A stretch of 64,000 nt of DNA, from NCBI GenBank assembly GCA_964016885.1, contig OZ024745.1, positions 9,114,001-9,178,000 on the forward strand. Reading direction: 5' to 3'. Below the pieces are notes generated by a model that made no database searches, was not told the DNA's origin, and saw only the letters and a list, made by a program, of their open reading frames with translations. The stretch is from Eledone cirrhosa (Eukaryota). Of the stretch, positions 14,717 through 26,543 are shown in pieces (position 1 is the stretch's first letter; each line of letters begins with the position of its first letter). The position numbers were made by a program, and so were the translations under genes.

Positions 14717-14757
<41 letters not shown>

Positions 14758-14758
<1 letters not shown>

Positions 14759-14786
14759 TAGCTGCACTATCCGGTAATGCCCGGGA
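14758..14786 (-). mobile_element. Helitron-type 3' terminus (GC hairpin + CTAG)
   Basis: Plus strand a|CTAGctgcactaTCCGGtaatgCCCGGGA, the same design as the termini at 18025 and 24684. Extent of the element not resolved. Confidence 0.5.
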
Positions 14787-15718
14787 AAGGTGGGGTTATT
14801 CGCAGTTCCCAGAGTGCGCCTGAAAATGCTAGCGACCCTGGGTGGCGATACTGGATTTTCAATAGCAACCTTTGCTAGGTGTGTTTATGGCAGATCATTT
14901 TTTTTTTTCGTGTGTGGAATTATCAATAGCTGTTTAAGTCATAAGTCGTTCTTCACCCAGCTTTCTTCATTCAGAGTGAATAAGCCGGGGAAGTTTGACC
15001 TCGAAGATTATCGAACTTATTCAACAAACTTATGTATAAGAATAGCAAACTTACTGCCTTAGCGCTCCAGAACAAACACAGAACAATTGAGGAAGTCATC
15101 GCAATTATTGAAGAAATTATAGCCGAATGAACATATCCAGGTACTGTTCAAGCACCCTGTATATCACCATTTGTAAAGCCCTTCGAATAACTGAAGCAAT
15201 TCAATAAAACCATCCTGTTTTCCACTTATAGTAGACATAACCTGAGAAAACATACCATAATAAGTCAGATAAACAATCAGAAGTGTTGGCCTTAAAGAGG
15301 GCCTTGTAACATTCACTGTTGCAAAGTGTAAATAATGGGGGGAAAGTTACATCTTAATTCGTGTTAATCTTCCCACAATCTGACACCTCGAAATATAACT
15401 GACAAAATAAACTGACAAAATAAACTCTACTCTCAAAGACGGCATGTTACAATTAACATGCCGGGAGTACGAATATTCGTCAACATACAATTTGGGTTTT
15501 ATTCTTCGGACTCATCTCATGGTAAGCCAACTTCCAGGTCATTGATGATCACACTCTTTTGTAACTTATCACCGATTCCTGCAGTTGACCTTAATGTGAC
15601 CTAAGCGTGTACACATCTTCAGAATCCATATCAGTGGATGTGATATATATATATATATATATTTCGTTTCTGAATTTGTTTAGCAAGATTCTTTATCTGA
15701 AAACGTGTGTTGAAACCG

Positions 15719-16053
15719 ATATTGTTATACTTTGGGAGGGTCATGTTGCCAATAAGAAACACACGCACCAGTTGCTTTCACTTCAATTTATTATAATAAA
15801 TTTATAAATTTAGGAATTTATAAATTTCCCGTTGGTTGGTTGGTTCCACAACCAGGTGGTTGTTTATATATTGTCAAAGTTCTTTTGTGTGACGAAAGAA
15901 CTTTGACAATATATAAACAACCATCTGGTTGTGGAACCAACCAACCAACGGGAAATTTATAAATTCCTAAATTTATAAATTTATTATAATAAATTGAAGT
16001 GAAAGCAACTGGTGCGTGTGTTTCTTATTGGCAGCATGACCCTCCCAAAGTAT

Positions 16054-16061
<8 letters not shown>
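15719..16061. repeat. Near-perfect 343-bp palindrome
   Basis: Axis at 15890, arms about 170 bp with about 3 mismatches; the right arm ends in (TA)n. Confidence 0.9.
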
Positions 16062-16122
<61 letters not shown>

Positions 16123-16299
16123 AATGAGAGGTACACAAATACATGTGTATACATACATATACATGCATATATACACATATATTTTTTTTTCACAAGTACG
16201 TGAGATTGTGTATTGTCAACCTTAACCAGTGTTGCTCTATGATTATGAGAGACAAGATAATCGGAATAATTAAATTGACTCTACATCAGAGCTATGTAA

Positions 16300-18025
16300 T
16301 CTTTATATATATATATAAAAGCGAGGGTGTGTGTGTCTGTGTACAACTTTGGACCCGCATTAAGGCTTTTACAATTACCAACTGAATTTGACAAAATTTT
16401 CTGTGCACGTTGAACAGGTCGCTAAGATTGTCAAATCACAAACATTTTTCAAATCGACCCACGTTGAGCAATAAAAAATCGATATCAAAATTATTGTTAG
16501 AAAAATTGATGTAAGGGAGATAACAAACTTTATTGACAATCCTTATAAAAAAAGGGAGATAACATTTGCAAGACATACGGGATTGCAGTGATGTTATGGG
16601 GGGGGCACCCTTCTGCTATCAGGAGACTTCAGACAGACTCTTTCTATAATACCGAAAGGAACAAGAGCAGATGTGGTAAATGCATGTCTTAAGTCTTCAC
16701 CATTGTGGCGACAAGTGACATCATTAAGACTAACTACCAACATGCGTGCAAGGTTGCATGGGGACCCTCTGTCATCAACATTTTCTGGAGACATTCTTAT
16801 AATAGGAGATGGTAACCTACCTCCGGATACAGATGGACACATAGCAATTGATCACATCTGCAATGTAGTTGAAACTGTCGATGATCTCAAGGCGAGTGTA
16901 TTCCCGAACTTGCGTGATAACTATACGATTCTTGATTGGCTATGCGAAAAAGCCATTCTTGCACCCAAAAATATCACGGTTAGCTGTATTAACGATCAGC
17001 TTCTTCCTGGATGTCCACGGATATATAAATCTATTGATACTGTATGTGATCCACAGGATGCGGTCAATTATCCCATTGAATTTTTAAATTCTTTAAATCC
17101 TCCTGGTTTACCTCCTAATACATTGGTTCTGAAAGAGGGAACACCAGTTATTTTGCTGAGAAATATCACTCCTCCAAAACTATGCAATGGTACACGCCTT
17201 GTGGTTAAAAAAACTGTCTCCACTTAGTATTGACGCTACCATTCTATCCGGATGTGGAAAAGGCGAGGATGTGATAATAACAAAAATTAGCCTGACTACA
17301 TCAGGCGTGGATACTCCCTCTCCTTTCGCCGAACCCAATTTCCCCTTCGTGTTGCCTTTGCGATGTCCATAAACAAGTCGCAAGGTCAAACTCTGTCCGT
17401 CGCTGGAATTCACTTGGATGAACCTTGTTTTTCGCACGGACAATTCTACGTTGCCTGCTCACGAGTTGGCAGTCGAGATAATCTCTTTGCGTTTGTTCCG
17501 AAAAGAAAAACAAAGAATATCGTCTATCCTGAAGTGCTTTAGTGTTAACAAAAAAACTTATTACAGCTCTGCCTTGACTCCACCTTACTCATTACAAAAC
17601 ATACCAATGAATATGTCGTGCAGGATATTTTGGATTATAAGTTAAAAATTTAACCATACACAGCAAAGGATGTTCTCAAAGAATAGATTTTCTCTTATTC
17701 TACTCTCATTGTTTTTTTGTTTGTAAACAACTCTGCTTTCATTACAACTTTTTGTACTTTAGCAAAACTGCCTGTGTTTTTTTACAGATTTGCAACGTGT
17801 ATTGCCTTTAATCATTTGTATAACTATATCCTGTTCAGTGTTTTCCTTCATTATCAGCATAGTTTTATGTATACAAAGAGTGCACTAAATATTCGTTTGC
17901 ATTAATTATTGAAGACTTCTGCTTATTTTGACAGGTTGGGGACAAATAATGTTCTTCTTTTACTTCCTAGCTGTATATTCTTAGCATAATTTCAAACCCC
18001 GAGCAACGCCGGGTAAATCTGCTAG
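16300..18025 (+). mobile_element. Internally deleted Helitron carrying a C-terminal PIF1-type helicase fragment
   Basis: 5' A|TC at 16300; 3' hairpin CCCGAGCAACGCCGGG then CTAG|T at 18022-18025; helicase motifs inside. Confidence 0.9.
16590..17542 (+). pseudogene. Helitron RepHel PIF1 helicase fragment (frameshifted)
   Basis: LLSGDFRQTL, VNACLKSSPLW, LTTNMR, AILAPKN, EFLNSLNPPGLPP, ILLRN..PPKLCNGTRL, QFPLRVAFAMSINKSQGQT, FSHGQFYVACSRV, KNIVYPEVL-stop. Confidence 0.9.
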
Positions 18026-18429
18026 TATATTATAAAGTAAGATATGATACAGAGGCTACAGAAGGGCGGTAAGGCTGACTGAAAGTGTACATAGTGTTTG
18101 CTTGAAAGCAGTCACTATACCTGTATAGCCTCTGTATCATATCAATATCCCCTCCGCCTTCTACGATATTTTTCACTGCTACAAAGGATTTAATCCCACA
18201 TCTTGACCGCTGTATCACGTGATAATGCTTCCCTGCGCTTTTTGAAACTTTTTCTCATACGATGCAGACCTCTTTTGATGTTATTCTTTCCCTTAAGGTT
18301 TCCCTTGATAAGTTGGCCTACCTTACAATAATGTTGCATCTCTATGATGTAGGATTTTTGCATAATAGCCAACGAAACTGTACAGTCGAGAATTTGAAGA
18401 AAAAAATAGGTATTTATTTATGTCTAATA

Positions 18430-21110
18430 TTTCTTCTTACTTTATATATATATATAAAATACAAATATTAATAAAATAGATGTTCTTTTGATCAATTAAA
18501 TTTTATTATACATATTTCAGAGGTACAACAGTACGTCCTCATCATCCAAAATATAATGATACATTACATACCCTGAGATGTTAAATGGTTAAGATTTAAT
18601 CAAGGTAGTGATTAACCTAAGAGAAAACTCAACATTTATACCCTAATAATTAGAAAATGCGAAAACATAATAAATTCAATAGAGAATGTGTGAGTAAGAA
18701 AAACGTTGGTTAATGTGACAGCTATAGAGATTTTAAAATGTAGGATACTACAAGTTATGGTTATCTAGGAAAACATCTCATGAATTATAACAGTCCATGA
18801 GGGCCGCTGAAAGATGATTTAAAGAGAGCGAAAGATAAAGGGGAGTATTATATGCAGAAAGAGATTTTTTTTCTTCCCAAAAGCTAAACGGTTAAGTTTC
18901 AAAATATTTAATTTATGTTATTTTAAGGGTGAAGATTCAAGATTTTAGGGCTTTTTTTAAAGTTGGTGGTTATTTATATTTATTAATTTTATAAATTCTA
19001 TAAGTGTGTTAACATTTCTAAACTTCTGAATTTTATGAGGATAAAATTTAAAAGATTTACCTGGCCAGCGAAAGGAAAATTTACGCTGTTGAATATTTTC
19101 AGAAATGTAATCTTTAATGAAGATTACCTATAAAAATGTCAACATTTTCGGTATGTAAAGCTTATGAAGTACTTATTGTTAGATATATTTAAGTAACGAT
19201 TAGGTATATAGAGATATATTAATGAGCCAGTATATTTTAGGTAAATGATAACGAATATAAAATAATAGATTCAAACATGCTAAAGTTAAATAGATACATA
19301 TATATAAAACTGTGTAAATGCATGAATTATTCACAGTTCAAAATAAATAATAATCCAAAAATTTAAAAGTTATCTAAAAATTAGGTATAAAGAGATACAG
19401 AGAGATATATATAGATATATATTAAGTATTAGTGATACAGTATACTTTAGGTAAATGATAACGATTATAATCTTATATAATAGATTTCAACGTGTTACAG
19501 TTAAATACATACATATATATAAGAAAAATAATAATAAATGCATGGATAATTCAGACTTAAAGATAAGGTCCGTAATAATTTACAGGTTGGATATTTGCTC
19601 TATATTTGAATCATGGATAGAAAAATAAGGTAGGTATATTTAAAAACTTACAAAAGATAATTACATATAAATAAAAAATGTAAACACATGAATGATTCAC
19701 AGTTAAAAATAAGTTCCGTAAAAATAAACCGGTTGGATATTTAAACTAAAATTTAAAACTTAGATAGGAAAATAAAGATAGAGAAATAATATTATGTTAT
19801 GTATATCAACGTGTCAGCGTGTTATTGAACAAGTGTCATTCATTCGAGCGTTGGTGAATTGGCAGTATTGGTAGAGGGTCAGACATGCTTTCCAGCGTAG
19901 TTACGTCCCTTTACGATCTGAGTTCAAATCCCGCCGAGGTTAACTTTGCCTTTCATCCTTACGGGGTCGATAAAATAAAGTACCAGTAATACACTGGGTA
20001 ATTGCTGGCCTTGTGCCAAAAGTAGAAACAGTTATTTCTTCTATAGATGGTTATAAGATAATGCAATATTAAAGGCCATTAATGTTTTTCCCTGTGGTTA
20101 TTTACGTCTGAAAACCGAGTTTTTAATGGTTTAGTGTTTCTTTCTCTTTTTTCTGGTTTTGTGGGAGGCTAAGAATGGAGACGTAGCTTTATGAAGGCAA
20201 CTAGAGAATAATTCACTTTTTTTGTTAATTAGGGTCTCATAGTTATTAATAATCAACAGGGTCTCCATTGTACAGAGCGCGCAATTATTTGATATACTAG
20301 AGTTGCGGTAAACTCCACAATTCCGAAGTTTTGTCCAAAGAATGGAGTATTTTAAATTCCTCTCTTTTAATGACCATATGAGCTGTGATAAAGAAGAGGA
20401 TGATTTCCTCTTGGAGTTCGAGAATGAGCATTTATGGTTCGCAAATCTGGCTTTAAATGTAGAAGAAGTCGATCCTATGTAGTTGTATGTGTTGTGATCA
20501 GTTTTTACGGTGCATTTATAAACCAAATTACTATCTAGACAATTATTTTGCAGAGGACAGTCAGTTTTATTTCTACAATTACATTTTGGTTTAGTATCAT
20601 TTATGTTAATGCTATTTTTAAGATCATTATGCTGGTTTTGTTTTAGAATTTTAGTGTTTAATTTGGCAATGTTTTGGGCCATGTTCATAGTTGTAGAATA
20701 CGAGAATTTAATGGTGTGTCTATTAAAAATGGAATGGTATGTATGGAAAGAGGTGTCCAAAGCATTAAAGAATAATTTTGTAATTGGTGTTCTAACTGCG
20801 ACCGAAACAGGGGGGGGGGGGCGAACCATATGACTGATTTAGTTCTAGTTCTTTTCCTCAATTTATTTGGCGTATGGGTGTTTGAATTATAATTATTAGA
20901 GTTTCTCTTATATATGTTATTATTTTTATCAAGATTAATACTTGGATTATTATTATCTACATATTCTATATTATTCACATATCCTGCTCTTTTTAACGCG
21001 TTGTTGTAGAATTCAGCGTTTTCATCAAATATAGCTTTATTGGCTGATATTTTATTAATTCGTTTTTGCACACTATTTACTATAGCTTTTTTTACAGATT
21101 TATTAATATT
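18430..21110 (-). mobile_element. Second Penelope-like element, 5'-truncated (RT C-terminus + GIY-YIG + AT-rich 3' region)
   Basis: Minus ORFs 20685-21071 and 20131-20829: RINKISAN..YNNALKRAGY, WFAPP, IFNRHTIKFSYS, CNCR..CPL..C..VYKC...YIGST..FKARFANH, CALC. Frameshift at the G-run 20810-20821. 3' limit approximate. Confidence 0.85.
19850..20035 (+). mobile_element. tRNA-derived SINE (family A)
   Basis: B-box GAGTTCAAATCC followed by CTTTGCCTTTCATCCTT..GGGGTCGATAAAATAAAGTACCAGT. More than 10 copies in the window (e.g. 3570, 27865, 28100, 28520, 34265, 37010, 39650, 39990, 57190, 61560, 62500). Confidence 0.75.
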
Positions 21111-21225
21111 TTATTAATATTTGTATTTTAATATTAATAACTCTGGAAAATGATTTACCTGTAGAGTGCTTCCAATCTACTGTAAAACTCATTCTTTGAT
21201 GTACTCATTGAATCTTATTTAACTC

Positions 21226-21300
<75 letters not shown>

Positions 21301-21303
<3 letters not shown>

Positions 21304-21492
21304 ACCCGAATAGCTTGATCGTTTTTTTTTTGTTTTTTTTGGCTGTGCGGATCATTAGTTTAACCACCATCTCAGTGTGTTTGGCCTTTAACGTATGTTG
21401 TAGCTCTAATTCATATGAATTATCGAGCGCTTGCCACACAACTCGGAAGTGTTTTTCGTTAATTCCTGAGCTGAAATGCGATTCTCGCTAAT
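21301..21492. repeat. About 190-bp dispersed repeat (copy 2)
   Basis: Near-identical to 10892-11069. Confidence 0.85.
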
Positions 21493-22062
21493 TTATATTT
21501 ATATAATCGCTTTACGCGTTTCTATTGTCCTAATAACTTATTTTAGTTATTATCGCTCCAACGTGAGGTATATGATTTTTAATACGATGAGATACCCATG
21601 ATCGTTAGGTAAATCACTGATGAGGGACTCATTTTATAACATGTTATCCATGTGCAACCAGCAGTATTCTTCTCACCCATATTTTCATATATATATATAT
21701 ATATATATATACAGAGACATCTGTTCAGTCGTCAACCAGAATTAGATTGTCGTCTGCTTTGTTTGAAATTTCTTTATGTATATTTCTAATAAGTTGTTGC
21801 CTCGTTTTGGAGGACTGAGTTGTTGGAGGAGGGAGGGGAGTAGTGGAAGGGCTGGTTTAACATACAGTAGTAGTATCCCCTCTCTCACTGAAACGTCTTC
21901 TCTTTCCTCCTCCATTGTAAAGGTGTCCCCAGGGATTCTATTATTAGCCAGTCCTGTTTCTGAATATTAGCTTAGCATGCGTGTAAAGTTTCATCAGGAT
22001 CGGATCACTGGTGTAGGCGCCAACTGGTTATACATAGACAGACAGAAATTGCCATTTATACA

Positions 22063-22111
<49 letters not shown>

Positions 22112-22700
22112 AGAAAAAAGAGAATCAGTGTTGCGACGAAAAGAATTTATTGGACATATTACAATTGTTTCTCGGGCGACCAGCTCGAGGCACGATCGAT
22201 GTGGTGATCAAACCTGACTCTGAAATCGCGTGGTCCTCGGATACGTCTCGATTCTACGAAGCAGATTTGCGGCCTACTGCATACGGACGCTTTAAGCATC
22301 CAACACCAATTATATAAAGAAGAAGACAACGAGAACGGAAACAAAACAAAACGAAAGACACAGAAATCCATATCATTACTTATTTGTATAGGTAAGTATA
22401 TATTACCTGTATGTTTTGTGAAGCTACGTATACTTTCTCTTACGTATATTTGCTTGTATTTGGTATAGATGCATATATTATATCATATTATATATACTGG
22501 TTATGTGTATACGTGTATTTTGCGTTTGTGTGTATAATGCGGGTTTTCACGTATGTAGGGTGTGTATATGTGTACTTGTGTTTTGGTTGATCTACGTTTA
22601 GCGAATATATGTGTATTTACCTGTAGGTATGTGTGCGCGCGCGTTATATACGTATTTATGTGTATATTTATATACGTTTATATAATTATATGTATGCACG

Positions 22701-22733
<33 letters not shown>

Positions 22734-23409
22734 GTTTTATGTGTATTTGGTGTATACGTTCGTATGTGTGCGGGTACAGGTGTTGCGCGGGTGTTTGTAT
22801 GTGTGCGCGTGTTTTTGTGTACGTGCTTGTATATGCATACCCATGGCGGGTGTTTAAGCATATGCACGTGTATGTACGTATATGGATGCGTGCATGTATA
22901 TATTTAATTATTGTTGATTTCAATAACCTGAAGCTGAGAATCATTCGGTTTCCTAAATACAATTTTAGTCTATGACTTCATTTATACCATAAACGTGGTT
23001 TTGTCTTTGCGTATAATTATTCTCAGCGCTCCACATAATGACGTATTATCTTCGCTTTTTCCGTTCATTACCAGGGAACGTCTCCACGAACCAAAGTATC
23101 GGCTTCCTGTTTTCCTTCGGTTGCAACGTTTTTCGAAATATTTACTTCTGCGTTCACAGATTGATTTTTTTTAGTTTCAGAAGATCCTGTTAAGGGTGAA
23201 AGCAGCGATTCTTTGCTTAAACTTTAATCTGTTATTTTAATATATATATATAGTTTCGTTGACAAATATATCAAAGTGCCCAGACTCGCAGATATATTGC
23301 CCTTGGTATGACAGTGTAGTTTTAGCTCAATGTAGGATAACTGGGATACTACAGAGCTGTTATAGGTTTAGGAATAACCAAAGAGTGCTTAGAAATACAT
23401 TGTTTTATT

Positions 23410-23457
23410 AACTAACAGTGTTTCATCCGTACCCTAAGGCAGGAATCATCAGAGCCT
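23410..23457 (-). ncRNA. Type I hammerhead motif (GUU triplet)
   Basis: Minus strand reads GGCT-CTGATGA-tTCCTGCC-ttag-GGTAcGGAt-GAAAC-act-GTT-AGTT; stem I is weak (G-U pairs). Confidence 0.65.
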
Positions 23458-23647
23458 ATAAACAAGAGTATATCAATAGTTGCATGCTCCATCAAGCTGC
23501 GTCACCAGAACAAGGTTAAAGGACCAGCGCTATATAGAAAAAGACACAATACATGACGCATATAATGTCATAACAAATTACATCAAAGATGTATCACTTA
23601 CATGGTGCAATAGATGATAAGGGGGTTGGGAGAGGGTAAGCAAGGAA

Positions 23648-24303
23648 TAGCCATTCATCTACTCCTAGTTTTCTAAGAGCCCACCAGATTATAGCACGGG
23701 GAACTCTGTCAAAGGCTTTCTCGAGATCGACGAATGCCAGGTAGAGTGGCTTACTTTTAGCTAGGTACTTTTCCTGTAACTGCCTCACAAGGAAGAGGGC
23801 ATCAGTGGTGCCTCTTCCTGACACAAACTCAAATTGCATCTCATCTAGTTTCACCCGGTCCCTAATCAACTGTGCTATAACTCTTTCTGTTACTTTCATG
23901 ACCTGGTCCATCAGCTTTATACCTCTATAGTTTCCTCTATCTAGTGCACCACCTTTACCTTTGTAGCAGTTGACAATGATGCTACTGCACCAATCCTTTG
24001 GTATGACACCTAGTATTACCTGGTTAACAATACATGTGATTATAGTGTGACCTACCGACCCAGATGCCTTCAGCATCTCGGCAGCTATACCCGATGGACC
24101 GGTTGCTTTCCTTGTCTTCATATCTTTGATTGCCTTACATACTACGCTGCTGCTGACTTGTACTGCTGGCCCCTCTGTAGGGTCTACTTGGGGTAGGGTC
24201 TCTTCTCCCCATACAGTAATCTATCATAATGGCTCTTCCACGCATCTTCCTTCTCAACACTTGTGAGGGCAAGCTCACCTTTATCATTCCGGATACACTT
24301 CTC
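23648..24303 (-). mobile_element. RTE-clade LINE RT N-terminal fragment
   Basis: [27 protein letters not shown], QFx[23 protein letters not shown]; homologous to 42880-43560. Confidence 0.9.
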
Positions 24304-24422
24304 TTATATATATAATATAATATATAATATATATAATATATATATATATATAATATATATATATATAATATATAATATAATATATATAATATATAATATA
24401 ATATATATATATAATATATATA

Positions 24423-24486
<64 letters not shown>

Positions 24487-24683
24487 TTGATTTTTTTTAA
24501 TTGAGTTTGAATTATTTTCCCACATCTTACGTTAATTATTTTCCATTTTGACGTTATAGTCACTTAAATATATTATGAAATACTGTTGGCTTCTCGCTCA
24601 CATTAATTTCTATATATAATATATATATATATATATATAATATATATATATATTATATATAAAATATATATATATATAATATA

Positions 24684-25564
24684 CTAGCAGTAAAGCCCGG
24701 TGTTGTTCGGGGCTGCTCAGTAGCTGTGTTAAAGTTACAATGTTAAGTTCCTTTCTTGGTTTAAAAACTGTAGAGTCTACAGTGTAGAGTTTCATGTGGT
24801 ACTTTTGATTAATATTCCCTCAACCAACAGTATGCCTTATGAAGTTAAGAAAACATAACCATAACCCGAATGTTAAAACAAAAGAGGATGCTGGAGATAA
24901 AAACTGCACTGGTAATCTATTAACAAAAATCAAAAATGTAAACACTACAACACTTGTCTCAGAGAAAAACATCAGCGTAACCAAACTATCAGTTATTTTG
25001 AAACAAAGAAATTGGATGGACATGAAAAACAAAAAGATGCGTTATGTGTCTGTCGTTTAATATCATTGCTTCTAAATGAAAATCTCATAAGCAATGCTTT
25101 TTTTACAAAATATTTGCTTGTTTTACGGTGTATTTAAATAGGCTTGTTTTCAAGGAAAAATATTGTTTTAAAAGACTTTTTAATGGAAGCTTAATGTTGA
25201 AACTTCGAACTCATGAATTTTGCAGGTTAAAATTTTGCTGGTCCGAAAACTGTTCGCGTATTTTTGTACTTTTGCACGCGTCGTATATTCGTAACGTAAA
25301 TAGATAGACAGAATGACGCCATAATAGGGAAATAACTCGTCTCTCATCTCTATTTATACATTTGAATTGAAAAATCAATACATTACAAATTTGATCTTTG
25401 CACTTGGCGTGAGTCGATTTGAAAATTGTTTTGACCGATGTCTCCGCCGGACCTTCATCTATAAGTATAGCAATTTCACCGAAATTTGAACGTACGGTTT
25501 AGGAGGAGATGTGTGCCGACCGTTTTAGTAGATAGACAGACAACCTCAGTTTTATATATATAGA
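24684..25564 (-). mobile_element. Non-autonomous Helitron, copy 1 of a tandem pair
   Basis: Minus strand starts TCTATATAT at 25564 and ends with a CCCGAAC..CCGGG hairpin + CTAG at 24684. Confidence 0.8.
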
Positions 25565-25568
25565 TATA

Positions 25569-26502
25569 CTAGCAGTAAAGCCCGGCGTTGCTCAGTAGCT
25601 GTGTTAAAATTACAATGTTGAGTTCCTTGCTTGGCTTAAAAACTGTAGAGTCTACAGTGTAGAGTTTCATGTGGTACTTTTGATTAATATTCCCTCAACC
25701 AACAGTATGCCTTATGAAGTTAAGAAAACATAACTATAACCCGAATGTTAAAACAAAAGAGGATGCTGGAGATAAAAACTGCACTGGTAATCTATTAACA
25801 AAAATCAAAAATGTAAACATTGCAACACTTGTCTCAGAGAAAAACATCAGCGTAACCAAACTATCAGTTATTTTGAAACAAAGAAATTGGATGGACATGA
25901 AAAAAAAACAAAAAAAAAACGCGTTATCTGTCTGTCGTTTAAAATCATTGCTTCTAAATGAAAATTTTATAAGGCTTTATTCGAGATCAATGCTTTTTTT
26001 ACAAAATATTTGCTTGTTTTACGGTGTATTCAAATAGGCTTGTTTTCAAGTAAAAATATTGTTTTAAAAGACTTTTTAATGGAAATGAAGGAAGCTTAAT
26101 GTTGAAATTTCGAACTCATGAATTTTGCAGGTTAAAATTTTGCTGGCCCGAAAGTTGTTTGTATATTTTTGTACTTTTGCACGCGTCGTTTATACGTAAC
26201 ATAAATAGATAATGCCCCAGCATGGCCTCAGCCGGATGGCTGAAACAGGTAAAAGAGTAAAAGAGTAAGCAAATGACGCCATAAAGGGAAATAACTCGTC
26301 TCTCATCTCTATTTATACATTTGAACTGAAAAATCAATACATTACAAATTCGATTTTTGCACTTGGCGTGGGTCGATTTGAAACTTTTTTTTTACCAATG
26401 TCTCCGCCGGACCTTCATCTATAAGTATAGCAATTTTACCGAAATTTGAACGTACGGTTTAGATGTTTGCCGACCGTTTTAGTAGACAGACAGACAACCT
26501 CA

Positions 26503-26520
<18 letters not shown>
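25569..26520 (-). mobile_element. Non-autonomous Helitron, copy 2 of a tandem pair
   Basis: Direct repeat of 24684-25564 with indels; CTAG at 25569; the 5' end merges into (TA)n. Confidence 0.8.

Positions 26521-26540
<20 letters not shown>

Positions 26541-26543
<3 letters not shown>

Larger units (their letters stand above)
11111..14720 (-). mobile_element. Penelope-type remnant bounded by 172-bp inverted repeats, with a nested second remnant and microsatellites
   Basis: 11178-11349 is the reverse complement of 14549-14720 (1 mismatch seen). Each arm has a hammerhead and both outer ends abut (TA)n. Confidence 0.7.

Noticed and set aside
19850-20035. tRNA genes at B-box motifs
   Set aside because: No full cloverleaf; each is followed by the shared SINE body.
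21505-21625. Hammerhead from GAAACGCGTA (minus) and CTGATGA (plus)
   Set aside because: The two core halves are on opposite strands, so no complete fold can be built.
24839-26037. Duplicated MKLRKHN... ORFs as a small gene pair
   Set aside because: They lie inside the two non-autonomous Helitron copies and diverge by frameshift; no recognisable domain.
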